DNA of 64,000 nt from Penicillus capitatus (taxonomy: Eukaryota; Plantae; Chlorophyta): assembly GCA_965649825.1 (NCBI GenBank), contig OZ287708.1:267411-331410 (forward strand), given 5' to 3'. A model generated the notes under the pieces. It saw nothing but the letters and a program-made list of their open reading frames with translations. It did no database searches and was not told the origin of the DNA. A program made the translations under genes and the position numbers. Of the stretch, positions 1-10,321 are shown piece after piece (position 1 is the stretch's first letter; each line of letters begins with the position of its first letter).

Positions 1-46
1 CGGGATATCCGTAGTCCTCTTCTGTGAACATGCGTTCGTCAGCCAT
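1..46 (-). CDS. Exon 1 of a third copy of the module Pro-rich gene (partial)
   Basis: The reverse complement from the ATG at 46 reads MADERMFTEEDYGYP, identical to exon 1 of the R3 copy (22426-22374). Confidence 0.75.
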   Translation of the reverse strand, partial: MADERMFTEEDYGYP

Positions 47-131
47 TGTCTTCTTCTTCGCTTGAGCTCTGGAAAGCAGGAAGGCGGGAGTTCAAACAAC
101 TCGACAGTGCGGAAGGGTCTGCGACGCGACC

Positions 132-137
132 TTTATA
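132..137 (-). promoter_or_regulatory. TATA box (TATAAA) of module gene copy R1
   Basis: CCTATAAAG on the minus strand, ~86 nt upstream of the ATG. The same element is at 10316-10321 and 22512-22517. Confidence 0.6.
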
Positions 138-1859
138 GGCCGCCTCGGTTGCCGAGCGCGACCTGCGGGTGGCGGCTGGGAACCGTGGCCGTTTGGCGGC
201 GCTGCGTGCGCCGCCGGACAGAGAATCGGCCGCCAGACCTCTAGAAGCGCAGAGTACTGTCGTCGGAATGCGCGTCGCGAAAGGGAGAGCACTTCTGGAA
301 GCTTTTCTAAGTGTTTTACAGAAGAGATTCCTTACAGTCTGTGCGCAAGCTCCTCTCAGAGTGTAACGCGCATGCGTTCTCTGCAGTTGTTCCGACGCGA
401 TTCTCCGAACGGCAAACCGCTCGGCTCAGCTCCGCGTTGCCTGGACAGAGGAATGAGGCGGTCTCTCTCGTTCGCAGGATCGGAACGGACTCTGCGTCTG
501 GACGGCCGTCTGTTTCGGGCGTCTCCGCCGCAAACGCCGTCGACAGAGCGTTCTGCGCGGTGTAACGCGAGTCGGTTCGAGGAGTCACCGTTGGTCCTAA
601 CTCCCTCGAACATGGAAGGCAGAACTGAACGACGCCTCTCCGAGGACCAGACGGCCACGGAGTCGTTTTTTCAGTTAATGCTCGTGCACAGCGCCGAGGG
701 AGTGTTTTGGAAGCGCCGTTCGCTCCGATAAACGCAGTCGGGTCGCGTTTTGCATCGGCTGTGCAAGACTGCTGTTCTGTCTGCAATGCCATCGATCAGA
801 CAGCTTCAAGAGCAACTTGTGCGATGGCACTGTAGATCGCGGCAGATGCCAGTCGCGATCCGATGCCATCGCCTACCTTCTCTCCTGCGTATTGCACAGT
901 GCAGAGCGCACCAAAGTGGCGAATTGTCATTGGAAAGGGATAGTTCTGCTGCATCCTCATTGGAATCGTCCACGCCGTTCCGTTCTAGTGTCCTGCGAGT
1001 TCTGATGCTGTGGTGGCTGTGACGGAGAACGTCCGTCTTCTGTTCCGAGACCACTTGTCGAACATCTCTGTAATGAAAGACGAACAACTTCCGCCGAGTG
1101 TTCTGTGCGCGCGGGGCGTTCCTGGACGATGTCGTCAGTGCTGTCCGCGTGCTCTTGGACAGTAAGTGCACTGTGGAATGCATGAACGGCAGAGACTGTA
1201 GTCACGCCTGCTCTCGGCTCTGCCGTTTGGACTGTGACTCGGCATTCCTCGCAGAACACCGAGATGCCTGTCGACGTCGACGCGTTGGATCGAATCCGAT
1301 GGATGCATCCGCATAACAAAGCGTCCTCGAAACAACGGTGCGAGAGAACATACATTACGTGATGCGGCTCTGCAGACGGTAAAACGATTTCAGATGCGAG
1401 AGAGTTTGTTCGGATGCTAAAAGAATGCGACTGTCCACTCCTCGATGTTTCGGCTGGCAAATCGAGACGAGACAGAAGGGATGAATCCAATCGCGGATTC
1501 AGTTCCTACCTTTCACTGCATCTACGCGAGCATCCTGCACAGAGAACTGATGGATCTCGATATCTTTACGAGGCCAAACCTCCTGCGCTGAGAGCACGAC
1601 GATTGACCGGTGAATAGGAAGAGGAGCGAGAGATGCAAAGGCATCTGGAAAGAGCTAACGCCGACCTCGCTGAACGCAGGCCTCACTTCAACGAAAGAAC
1701 AGCGAAAACGAGCGCGTGGCGAGAGAGCATGCTTCGGTCGTTCGAGAACTGAGAAGCAATGTGCGTCTCTGTGGCTCTCGTGTGGAGGGATCGCGAATGA
1801 TGTGGCGTGCGTGCCTGCCTGCTTGCATGATCAGATTCTACGCGAGAAACGCAGAACGC

Positions 1860-3493
1860 GAGAAATGGAGATGCGATTCGTAGCAGTCTTGCAAGAGAGT
1901 CTCGCCAAGCTCGTGGTTTACTCGACCGAACGACGCAAGAGATCGACATCGTTGGCAGCGTGGTGTGACGGACCGTCACCACTGTACCAGGTTTGCATCT
2001 GCCAATGATGACCAGCGTGTGTATACTATGTGCTTGTCTGCCTGCTCTAGCCTACTTCAGTGATTCTCAGAGACAGGCCAGCAAAGATGCCGGACATATT
2101 GCTGGATTGGAAGTCATGCGTATCATCAATGAACCGACGGCAGCTGCATTGGCCTATGGTGTCGATAAGAGAGAGGGATCGGTGGCCGTTTATGATTTGG
2201 GTGGTGGCACCTACGATATCTCCATCCTTGAGATCACAGGTGGCGTCTTCGAAGCGAAAGCCACAAATGGAGATACCTTTCTGGGCGGCGAGGATTTCGA
2301 CAACACCCTGCTGACGTACATCATCGAGGAATTCAAAAAAGATCAGGGGATCGATCTGACAAAGGATCGTTTAGCCGTTCAGAGAATCAGAGTGGCGGCA
2401 GAGAAGGCGAAGATTGAGCTGTCATCGACGACAACGACCGATATCGATCTTCCGTTCACTACAGCAGATGCATCCGGCGCCAAGCACCTGCATCAAACCT
2501 TGACGCGGGCAAAGTACGAATCTCTGGTCAGTCAACTGCTGGACCAAACAAAACAGCCCTGTCAAAACTGCCTCAAAGATGCTGGGGTCTCCCGTGCTGA
2601 TATCAACGACATCGTTCTGGTGGGCGGCATGACGCGTATGCCAAAGGTGCATGAAATTGTCAATGGCATTTTTGGCAAGGACCCATCTCGAGGGGTCAAC
2701 CCGGACGAGGTGGTGGCCATGGGTGCTGCCATCCAAGGTGGTGTGCTGTGAGGTGACCGAGGTGACCTCTTGCTGCTGGATGTCACTCCTCTGTCGATGG
2801 GAATCGAGACATTGGGAGGGGTGATAACCGTGATGATCCCCCGTAACACCACTGTGCCGACCAAGAAGACCCAGACCTTCTCTACTGCCGCTGACATGCA
2901 GACCCAAGTGGGGATCAAGGTCTTCCAAGGCGAAAGACAGATGGTTACCGACAACAAACTTCTCGGAGAGTTTGAGCTCGTCGGCATTCCTCCTGCATCC
3001 AGAGGTGTTCCACAGATTGATGTGACGTTTGACATGGATGCGGACGGTACATGCACGTCTCTGCCAAAGACAAAGCCACCACCAAAGAACAGAAGATCAC
3101 TGTTCAGTCCTCTGGTGTCTCTCCGAAGAGCAGATCCAAGATATGGTGCGCAAGAGTGAGCAGTTTGCAGAGGAAGACAAGAAGAGGAACGAGCTTGTCG
3201 AGGTTAAGAACAATGCCGACTCCCTCTGCTATACAGCCGAAAAGAACCTGGAAGAGCACAAAAGCAAACTTCCTCAGAATATCACCGACGATGTCAATAC
3301 AGCTATGTCAGATCTGAGAGCCGCCAAAGAGAAAGACGACCTCGAAAACATCAAGATGGCCATTCAGAAGCTGAATCAAGCGCTGATGAAGATCGGTGAG
3401 GCGATTTATGGCTTATCCGACAAAGGCAGCAGCGAGGGAGAACCTGCAGCGGGAGGAGATCAAGAAAGGGCTCCAGGACAGAGAAAAGAGTGA
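1860..3493 (+). pseudogene. mtHSP70: Mitochondrial-type Hsp70 (DnaK family) pseudogene, 5'-truncated
   Basis: Motifs [70 protein letters not shown] and LLDVTPLS. In-frame TGA at 2749-2751, frameshifts near 3050 and 3115, and decayed upstream remnants (NGDA ~1865; VTTVP, intron, AYF). Confidence 0.92.
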
Positions 3494-5639
3494 CAAAGGT
3501 GTCCGTCAGTGTCAAAAGTGCGAGATGCAGAAATGCCATGTTTCTATGTTTAACTCTCTCGCTAACTGTGGTTGCTTGGATCGCACCAGCCACGACCTCT
3601 TCTCCACATCGCAAAGTTTGGTCTCGCATCAATTCGCAACTGTCCGTCTGCCGATTCCAGTTGTTCTGCAATGGCGTCGTCCCAGCGAACACAACAGGCG
3701 CGAGGCGCATCACGCGATTCGGGGCAATTGTGCAAGGGGATCCTGTGAAGGCTCATGCTCGACTCGACCGATCGAGAGATCGACCGAACCTTGCAGCGCC
3801 TATCGGAACTGCGCGCACAACCTGAACAGAATATCAAGGGCTGCCACGCTGGGTGGGTATGCACGCGACAGCTGTCTCGTCCATTTAGGTACCTGTGAAT
3901 GCGGTCGGATGCTTTGAATGTTGTGCTGCAAGCAGAACGTGTTTTCGTCGATCTTGGCTGTCAATACGTGGTCGAGTGCTCGGCATGTGAAGCTGAGGCC
4001 ATTCTCACACGCAGGCGACATTCCCGTGGTTGTGCTCTCTGTCATGGACTCGATGGAAATGACGTGATCGTTGCAGAGCCATCAAAGATCACATGCATAT
4101 CGGCGGAGGCCGATGCGTGTCAGGAACGGGGAGCAGCCGTCCAAGCCACGTCGACTGAACGAGGTTACAGACTGCAGACAGAGATCTCTTCTGTGGGATC
4201 TTCTTCTATCGTCAGAGATGAAGAGTGGCATGACAGATAATGGAATCGAATCGATGCTGGATCGCTGGAGAGACTCGAGAAAGTGGCCGAAGCCAATCTC
4301 GGCAAGGTACCCCCACAAAGAAAGTCAGATGCTTTGACAGAAGGGTACGTGTCCTCGATAGCTAAAGCTGAAACCAAGAAGGGATCGAAGAAAGGATTCC
4401 TGTTGCCAAGACAACAACAAAACGCTCAGCCATCTGCAAAACCGAAGGCTGTTCACTGCTCTCTCCCCGTTTCTCTCGAATCAGGGACAGCGTCGGCGAC
4501 GACGACTCGGCATAAGAATGAACAGTCCGTCTGCGTCTCGGATACGGTGCGAGAGAGGGACACCCGAACGGAGGAGAGCACAGAGGACACTGGCACCGAG
4601 AAGGTAGGCATCTCTGAATCGGCCAATGCATAACGATCTGTGAGGTTCACCGCACTGAGTCATCATGCTATCTATCCCCTTTGACTCGATGGCTGAGATG
4701 TGTGCCGGTTTCGCTTATCAGTTTTCATCATGCTTCCCCATGCAGCACCCATTACTGTTCCCTTGATATGCTTTGTTGCCGTCTGTCAGATCGCCGAGAG
4801 TTGCTGACGCCGAGATTCCTGTCTAGACTGAAATTAAGAACTGCATTCGGTTGTCGCGTGCATTGAGTTTCTATTCATCGATATCTGGATGTCCGAGCGA
4901 TCCTTCAGCTGGCACAATCTATGACAGCCATCTCCTGCATGCTCTAAGACTGTAAAGTTGTTCTTGATGTTGTTTATTGTACTTCATCAGGTTGATATAC
5001 CTTGTTCATTCTTAACGCTGTGTTCCTGACTGTTTGTATCGAATCCGACACGCACATATTGAACGTTGACGTCACACACATTAGACCATACACACATTGT
5101 AAACGTCAACAACATTTAAGAAGAAGAATTGAACTCGATCACAGTGGTGGTGTAATACTCTCTCATTCGCGAGCACACGTCGTTATCTCTGTAGGACAAG
5201 ATAGGTTGGCGGCGCCGCCATGCTGCATTCTATTCTGCGGAGGCAATCTCCATCTGAGATAAAGGCGCTGGGGGCTGAAGTTTTTTAAAAATCGTCTAGC
5301 GCATTCGACACAGGGAAGATTACGTGCGTTCTCTGACAGCAGTTCATTTCTCCGCTATATCACTCTTTCTAAAACTAAGAACTCTGATGTCACACTTCAT
5401 TGAATAAAGCAAAAAAAAGGTAGAAAGATAATAGAGAGCTTTGACAGCAGGTCTTCCTCAAGACATGTTTGCTGAACGAATCTCTACAACTGAAAACAAT
5501 GTTTTCATATTGTCTCTGTCTCTGCAGACTGTGACATTGTTTAGAAAAGAGATTGTGTAAAGAATAGCTAACCTGTAGATCACTTCCTTAAAGTGAGAGG
5601 ATGTTGATCTGCGAGGCAGACTCAGATTTGGCCGCTTGC

Positions 5640-8600
5640 GCCAGCTTCAATCCAGAACTGCCTCCACCGACAGCCAGAGCAGAAGGATGGCCTCCAGTGA
5701 CGGCCAGAGCGGTCAATAGTGTGCCCTGGCTGCCTCCACTGGCGGCCAGAGCGTCAATAGCGTGCCCATGGCCGCCTCCAATGGCGTCCAGAGCGGTAGG
5801 TAGGGGGTGCCCTGGCTGCCTCCACTGGCAGCCAGAGCGTTGGGCTGGACGCCTGTGACCGCCTCTCTCTCTCCGGCGGCTGCCAGACGTCAGGTGGACG
5901 CCTCCATATGTCCCCGTGTGATATGGCGGCGGCCAGACGTCAGGTGGACGCCTGTGACCGCCTCTCTCTCCGGCGGCGGCCAGAGCGGTAGGTAGGGTGC
6001 CCTGGCTGCCTCCACTGGCAGCCAGAGCGTTGGGCTGGACGCCTGTGACCGCCTCTCTCTCTCCGGCGGCTGCCAGACGTCAGGTGGACGCCTCCATATG
6101 TCCCCGTGTGATATGGCGGCGGCCAGACGTCAGGTGGACGCCTGTGACCGCCTCTCTCTCCGGCGGCGGCCAGAGCGGTAGGTAGGGTGCCCTGGCTGCC
6201 TCCACTGGCAGCCAGAGCGTTGGGCTGGACGCCTGTGACCGCCTCTCTCTCTCTCTCTCCGGCGGCTGCCAGACGTCAGGTGGACGCCTCCATATGTCCC
6301 CGTGTGATATGGCGGCGGCCAGACGTCAGGTTGAACGCCTGTATTTGTCTTCGGCGGCTGCCAGACGTCATGTGGACGCCTGTGACCGCCTCTCTCTCCG
6401 GCGGCGGCCAGAGCGGTAGGTGGGGTGCCCTGGCTGCCTCCACTGGCAGCCAGAGCGTTGGGCTGGACGCCTGTGACCGCCTCTCTCTCTCCGGCGGCTG
6501 CCAGACGTCAGGTGGACGCCTCCATATGTCCCCGTGTGATATGGCGGCGGCCAGACGTCAGGTTGAACGCCTGTATTTGTCTTCGGCGGCTGCCAGACGT
6601 CATGTGGACGCCTGTGACCGCCTCTCTCTCCGGCGGCGGCCAGAGCGGTAGGTGGGGTGCCCTGGCTGCCTCCACTGGCGGCCAGAGCGTAAGGGTCGAC
6701 CTCCAGCGACGGCCAGATGTCTAGTCAGCCAAAATATCCGCCTCCACTGGCGTGCAGAGCAGGTAGGTAGAGTGCTCTGGCTGCCTCCACTGACAGCCGG
6801 AGCGTGAGGGTCGGTTTCCAGAGACGGCCAGATGAGTGTCGGCCGCCATTGCCGCCTCCACTCGCGGCCAGAGCGGTAGGCAGGGTGCCTAGGCCGCCTC
6901 CACTGGCGGCCAGAGAGGTGGGCCGGCCGCCCATTGCTGCCTTCAATAGCAGCCAAAGTCTGGCTGGCCTCCAGTGACGGCCAGAGATTAGGTCGTCCGC
7001 CATGGCTGCCTCCAATGGCAGCCAAAACGGTGGGCCGGCCGCCCATTGCTGCCTTCAATAGCAGCCAAAGTCTGGCTGGCCTCCAGTGACGGCCAGAGAT
7101 TAGGTCGTCCGCCATGGCTGCCTCCAATGGCAGCCAAAACGGTGGGTTGGCCTCCATCGGCGGCGAGACGTCAGGTGGACGCCTCTTTGTGTCTCCAGTG
7201 GCTGTGAGACGTCAGGTGGGCGCCTGTGACCGCCTCCATCGGCGGCCAGGCGTCAGGTGGGTGCCTGTATTTATCCCTATCGGCGGCGGCGAGACCTCAG
7301 ATTGGACGCCTGAGACCGCCTCCATCGGCGGCCAGACGTCGGGTGGACGCCTGAGACCGCCTCCATCGGCGGCCAGACGTCGGGTGGACGCCTGAGACCG
7401 CCTCCATCGGCGGCCAGACGTCGGGTGGACGCTTGAGACCGCCTTTCTTTTCGGCGGCGGCGAGACCTCAGATTGGACGCTTGAGACCGCCTTTCTTTCC
7501 GGCGGCGGCGAGACCTCAGATTGAACGCCTGTCTCTGTCTCCGGCAGCGGCCAGACAATGGGTGGGCCCAGACGACGGTCTCCAGCAGCAGCAAGAGCGG
7601 CAAAAAGATCGTCCGTGACGGACTCCAACAGCCGCCAGATATCAGGTAGGGCGCAGACGGCGGTCTTAAATGACAGCAGGGCAGCTAACAGATTATCCCT
7701 GAGGGCCAATGACAGCAGCGCAGATAACAGATCATCCATGGAGGTCTCCAGCATCCATTGACATTAGGGCACCTAACGGATCATCCATGAGGAACTCCAG
7801 CATCCAATAACAGCAAGAACGGCAAGTAGATCATGTGTAACGGCCTCCAGTACCCGCCTTACGTCAAGTGGACAATCGACGAATGTTTCCAATCGCAGCA
7901 GAGCAAATAACAGATCAACCCAGACTACCTTCTACCTCCAATAATGGCATATAGATCACCATGAGGCCGTCCATCCTCCAACCACAAAAGGTAGTACACA
8001 GCCTACTCCAGCCTCCGACAGCAGCAGTACAGCAGGTAGATCATCAGAGTCGGCCTCCAGCCTCCGACAGCAGCAGTACAGCAGGTAGATCATCAGAGTC
8101 GGCCTCCAGCCTCCGACAGCAGCAGTACAGCAGGTAGATCATGTGAGACATCGTCCAGCATCCAATGGCAGCAAGTAGAACATATGTGTCGGCCTCAGGG
8201 CCTCCATCAGCAGCCAGTCAGCAAATAGATCGTCAGGGATGGTTCCAGACAGCCTCCAGTCACTGCAACCGTCAAACTGATCATCCGGGGTGCCTCCAGC
8301 CTTCAATCACAGCAAGAAGAACATCCATGACAGCCTCCGTTCGCAGTAATATAGTATTAAGACATCTGAGACAGTTTCCAGCCTCCAATGGCAGCAATAC
8401 AGCAGGTAGATCATGCGAGACAGCCTCCAGCCGCCTTAGCAGCAAAACATCAGGTAGGACACTCCAGCCTCCAATGGCAGCAATACTGCAAGAACATCAT
8501 CTATGTCGGCCTCCAGCCTCCGAGAGCAGCAATACAGCAGGTAGAACATCCGAGTTGGCCTCCAGCTTCCAGTCACAACAGAGCCGCGAGTAGATCATGC

Positions 8601-8850
8601 GAGACGGCCTTCTATTTCCAATCGCGGCAAGACAGAATGTAGATCATCCATGACAGCTCCATCTTCCAATCGCAGCAGAGCAGCTAACAGATCTTCCCAG
8701 ACTGCCTTCTATCTCCAATAACGGCATATAGATGATCATGAGGGCGTCTAGCCTCCAATCACAGAAGGTAGTACACAGCCTACTCCAGCCTCCAAATCGC
8801 AGCAAGACATCAGGTAGGACAACCCAGCCTCCAAGCAAAAAAACAGCAAA
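5640..8850. repeat. Compound GC-rich minisatellite region of R2
   Basis: Units of 190/190/238/232 bp (starts 5807, 5997, 6187, 6425), a ~113-bp duplication (~6920-7140), ~39-bp units (~7300-7460) and 43-bp units x~3 (~8010-8140). The GCCTCCA core recurs throughout. Confidence 0.93.
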
Positions 8851-9022
8851 TCAGCTTCCGACAGCCTTCGTGCAAAAAAAACAGCCAACACAGAGCCAAC
8901 CACAACAAAGCGAAGGTGGAATGGCAGAGAAGCAGCAGAAAAAAAGAAAACAACCCCTTCATTATTGTTTTTTATTTTTTGTTTTTTTTCATCTACCCCC
9001 AAGGAAAACAGCTTGGAAAAAA

Positions 9023-10219
9023 TTAACTAGATCTGGCCCCCCATACAGGCCAATTCTGGATAGAAATCTACACAGCAAACAAACCATAAGAGAGACTAAA
9101 GAATAGTTGAACTTACACATTGTCCCGACATAAAGAAGAGACGTTCTGGGATGACTGGCTGGCAGATCTGAATGCACTGGCCAGAAAGGAAATAGGGCCT
9201 GGGAGGAATACCTAGGGGGCCGACCGAAAAGATGAATGGACGGGGTGGGATGACAGATGGGCAGGTGAGAGAATACAAAGACGTGCGTTCTGGAAAGGCA
9301 GGTGGCCGAGAATGGAGGGAGAGGAAAAAGGGACGTGAAGGAATTGAAGGAGGGGGGGATGCAGGAATGCAGTATACTTGTGGCCGGGCAGGAAATAGAG
9401 AGGACTGGGCAGGTTGGGAGGCTGAAGGCGCGGCTGGCGGAGCTAGGGAACACTCCATGTGGTGAGACTGGGCAGGCTGCGAGTCTGGCGGAGGAGGGGC
9501 TGGTTGAGATGCTGGCGGCACTGCCGTCTGGGCAGGAGACCACTCCATATGGAACGGATGGAAGAATGGCTCCGAGGGTGGCGGCTGGAGAGGCGGCGTG
9601 GCCGGCTGAGTAGGCGGCGGCGCGGAGCTCTGGGAGGCGGCATGCTGCGAAGCCATCGGCGGCATGCCATGCTGCTCGGAGGGAGATTGCTGCTGGGGAG
9701 GCGGCGATGCGGTCCGGGCGGGCGGAGGGGCTGCAGGCCGGCCCTCTTGGGCCAGCCGCGCTCTCCTCCCCTCCGAGGAGAGGACCCTAGCGCGCCGTAC
9801 CGGCCGAGGCTGTGGGGTTTGGACCCTATTGGGTCCAAACCTCACAGGAGGGGTCTGCGCCGCGAGGTGCTGCTGACCCCTCTGAGCAGTTGTCTGGGCT
9901 TTCAAATCCCAGTACAACTGCTCACGCTCGGCCGGACTCATGCCCTGGAAGGCCCTAGGCGGTCGGTCGCCTAGGACCTCCGGCAAAGTCACTTGGGAGA
10001 ATCTACATAACACACAAGGGTCAGAGGTGTCTCGAAGAGCAGACGCGCCGCGCGCTACGGGGCTCCTCGACTGCAGCCGGACGCATGCGTGCGATGAAAA
10101 GCGTTCTGGCCGCAGTCGAGGAGCCCCGTAGCGCTCGGCGCGTCGAAACATGGCCAGTGGACTCACGGTTTGCCTGGATATCCGTAATCGTCTTCGGTAG
10201 CCATGTGAGCATCAGCCAT
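9023..10219 (-). CDS. Module Pro-rich protein, 3 exons (10219-10167, 10002-9117, 9067-9023), ~327 aa
   Basis: GTGAGT donor, CTGAC branch-like site and TAG acceptor for intron 1; GTAAGT...TAG 49-nt intron 2. Splice phases match the R3 copy and the frame stays open. N-terminal domain FSQVTLPEVLG...LYWDLK...TPPVRFGPNRVQTPQPRP is conserved. Confidence 0.8.
10042..10144 (-). ncRNA. Long intronic hairpin (structured element in intron 1)
   Basis: Perfect 23-bp inverted repeat (10052-10074 / 10112-10134), extendable to 10042/10144. It covaries with the R3 copy. Confidence 0.7.
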
Positions 10220-10315
10220 CGTGGTCGTTGAGGTCGCAGAAAACAACAGCAAGAACTCAGAAAACAGAGCGCAAGAACTCGGAAACTCGAGTGCGGAAGG
10301 CTCTGAGACAAGACC

Positions 10316-10321
10316 TTTATA
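10316..10321 (-). promoter_or_regulatory. TATA box of module gene copy R2
   Basis: CCTATAAAG ~97 nt upstream of the ATG at 10219, conserved in all three copies. Confidence 0.6.

Larger units (their letters stand above)
1..1560. repeat. Module copy R1 (right part only; runs off the window)
   Basis: 1-~240 is nearly identical to 22381-22620. ~240-1100 aligns to 10424-11290 and 22621-23490. Weaker similarity to R2 continues to ~1560/11760. Confidence 0.9.

Noticed and set aside
2749-2751. TGA recoding (Sec/readthrough) in Hsp70
   Set aside because: The gene also has two frameshifts and lacks its 5' end, and TGA is an ordinary stop in neighbouring genes. A CGA to TGA mutation is simpler.
3490-4633. 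Short ORFs after Hsp70 (signal-like 3490-3825, Cys-containing 3899-4240, 4283-4633)
   Set aside because: No recognisable motif or consistent splice model; they could be further gene fragments but cannot be supported.
10042-10144. Hairpin as a head-to-tail junction of two TIR elements
   Set aside because: If so, the arm at 10112-10134 should best match the far end of its own element (22259-22281). It matches its immediate neighbour perfectly instead. The hairpin also lies inside a conserved intron.
10042-10144. Hammerhead or other self-cleaving ribozyme
   Set aside because: I found no CUGANGA/GAAA core in a three-way junction on either strand; it is a simple long stem.
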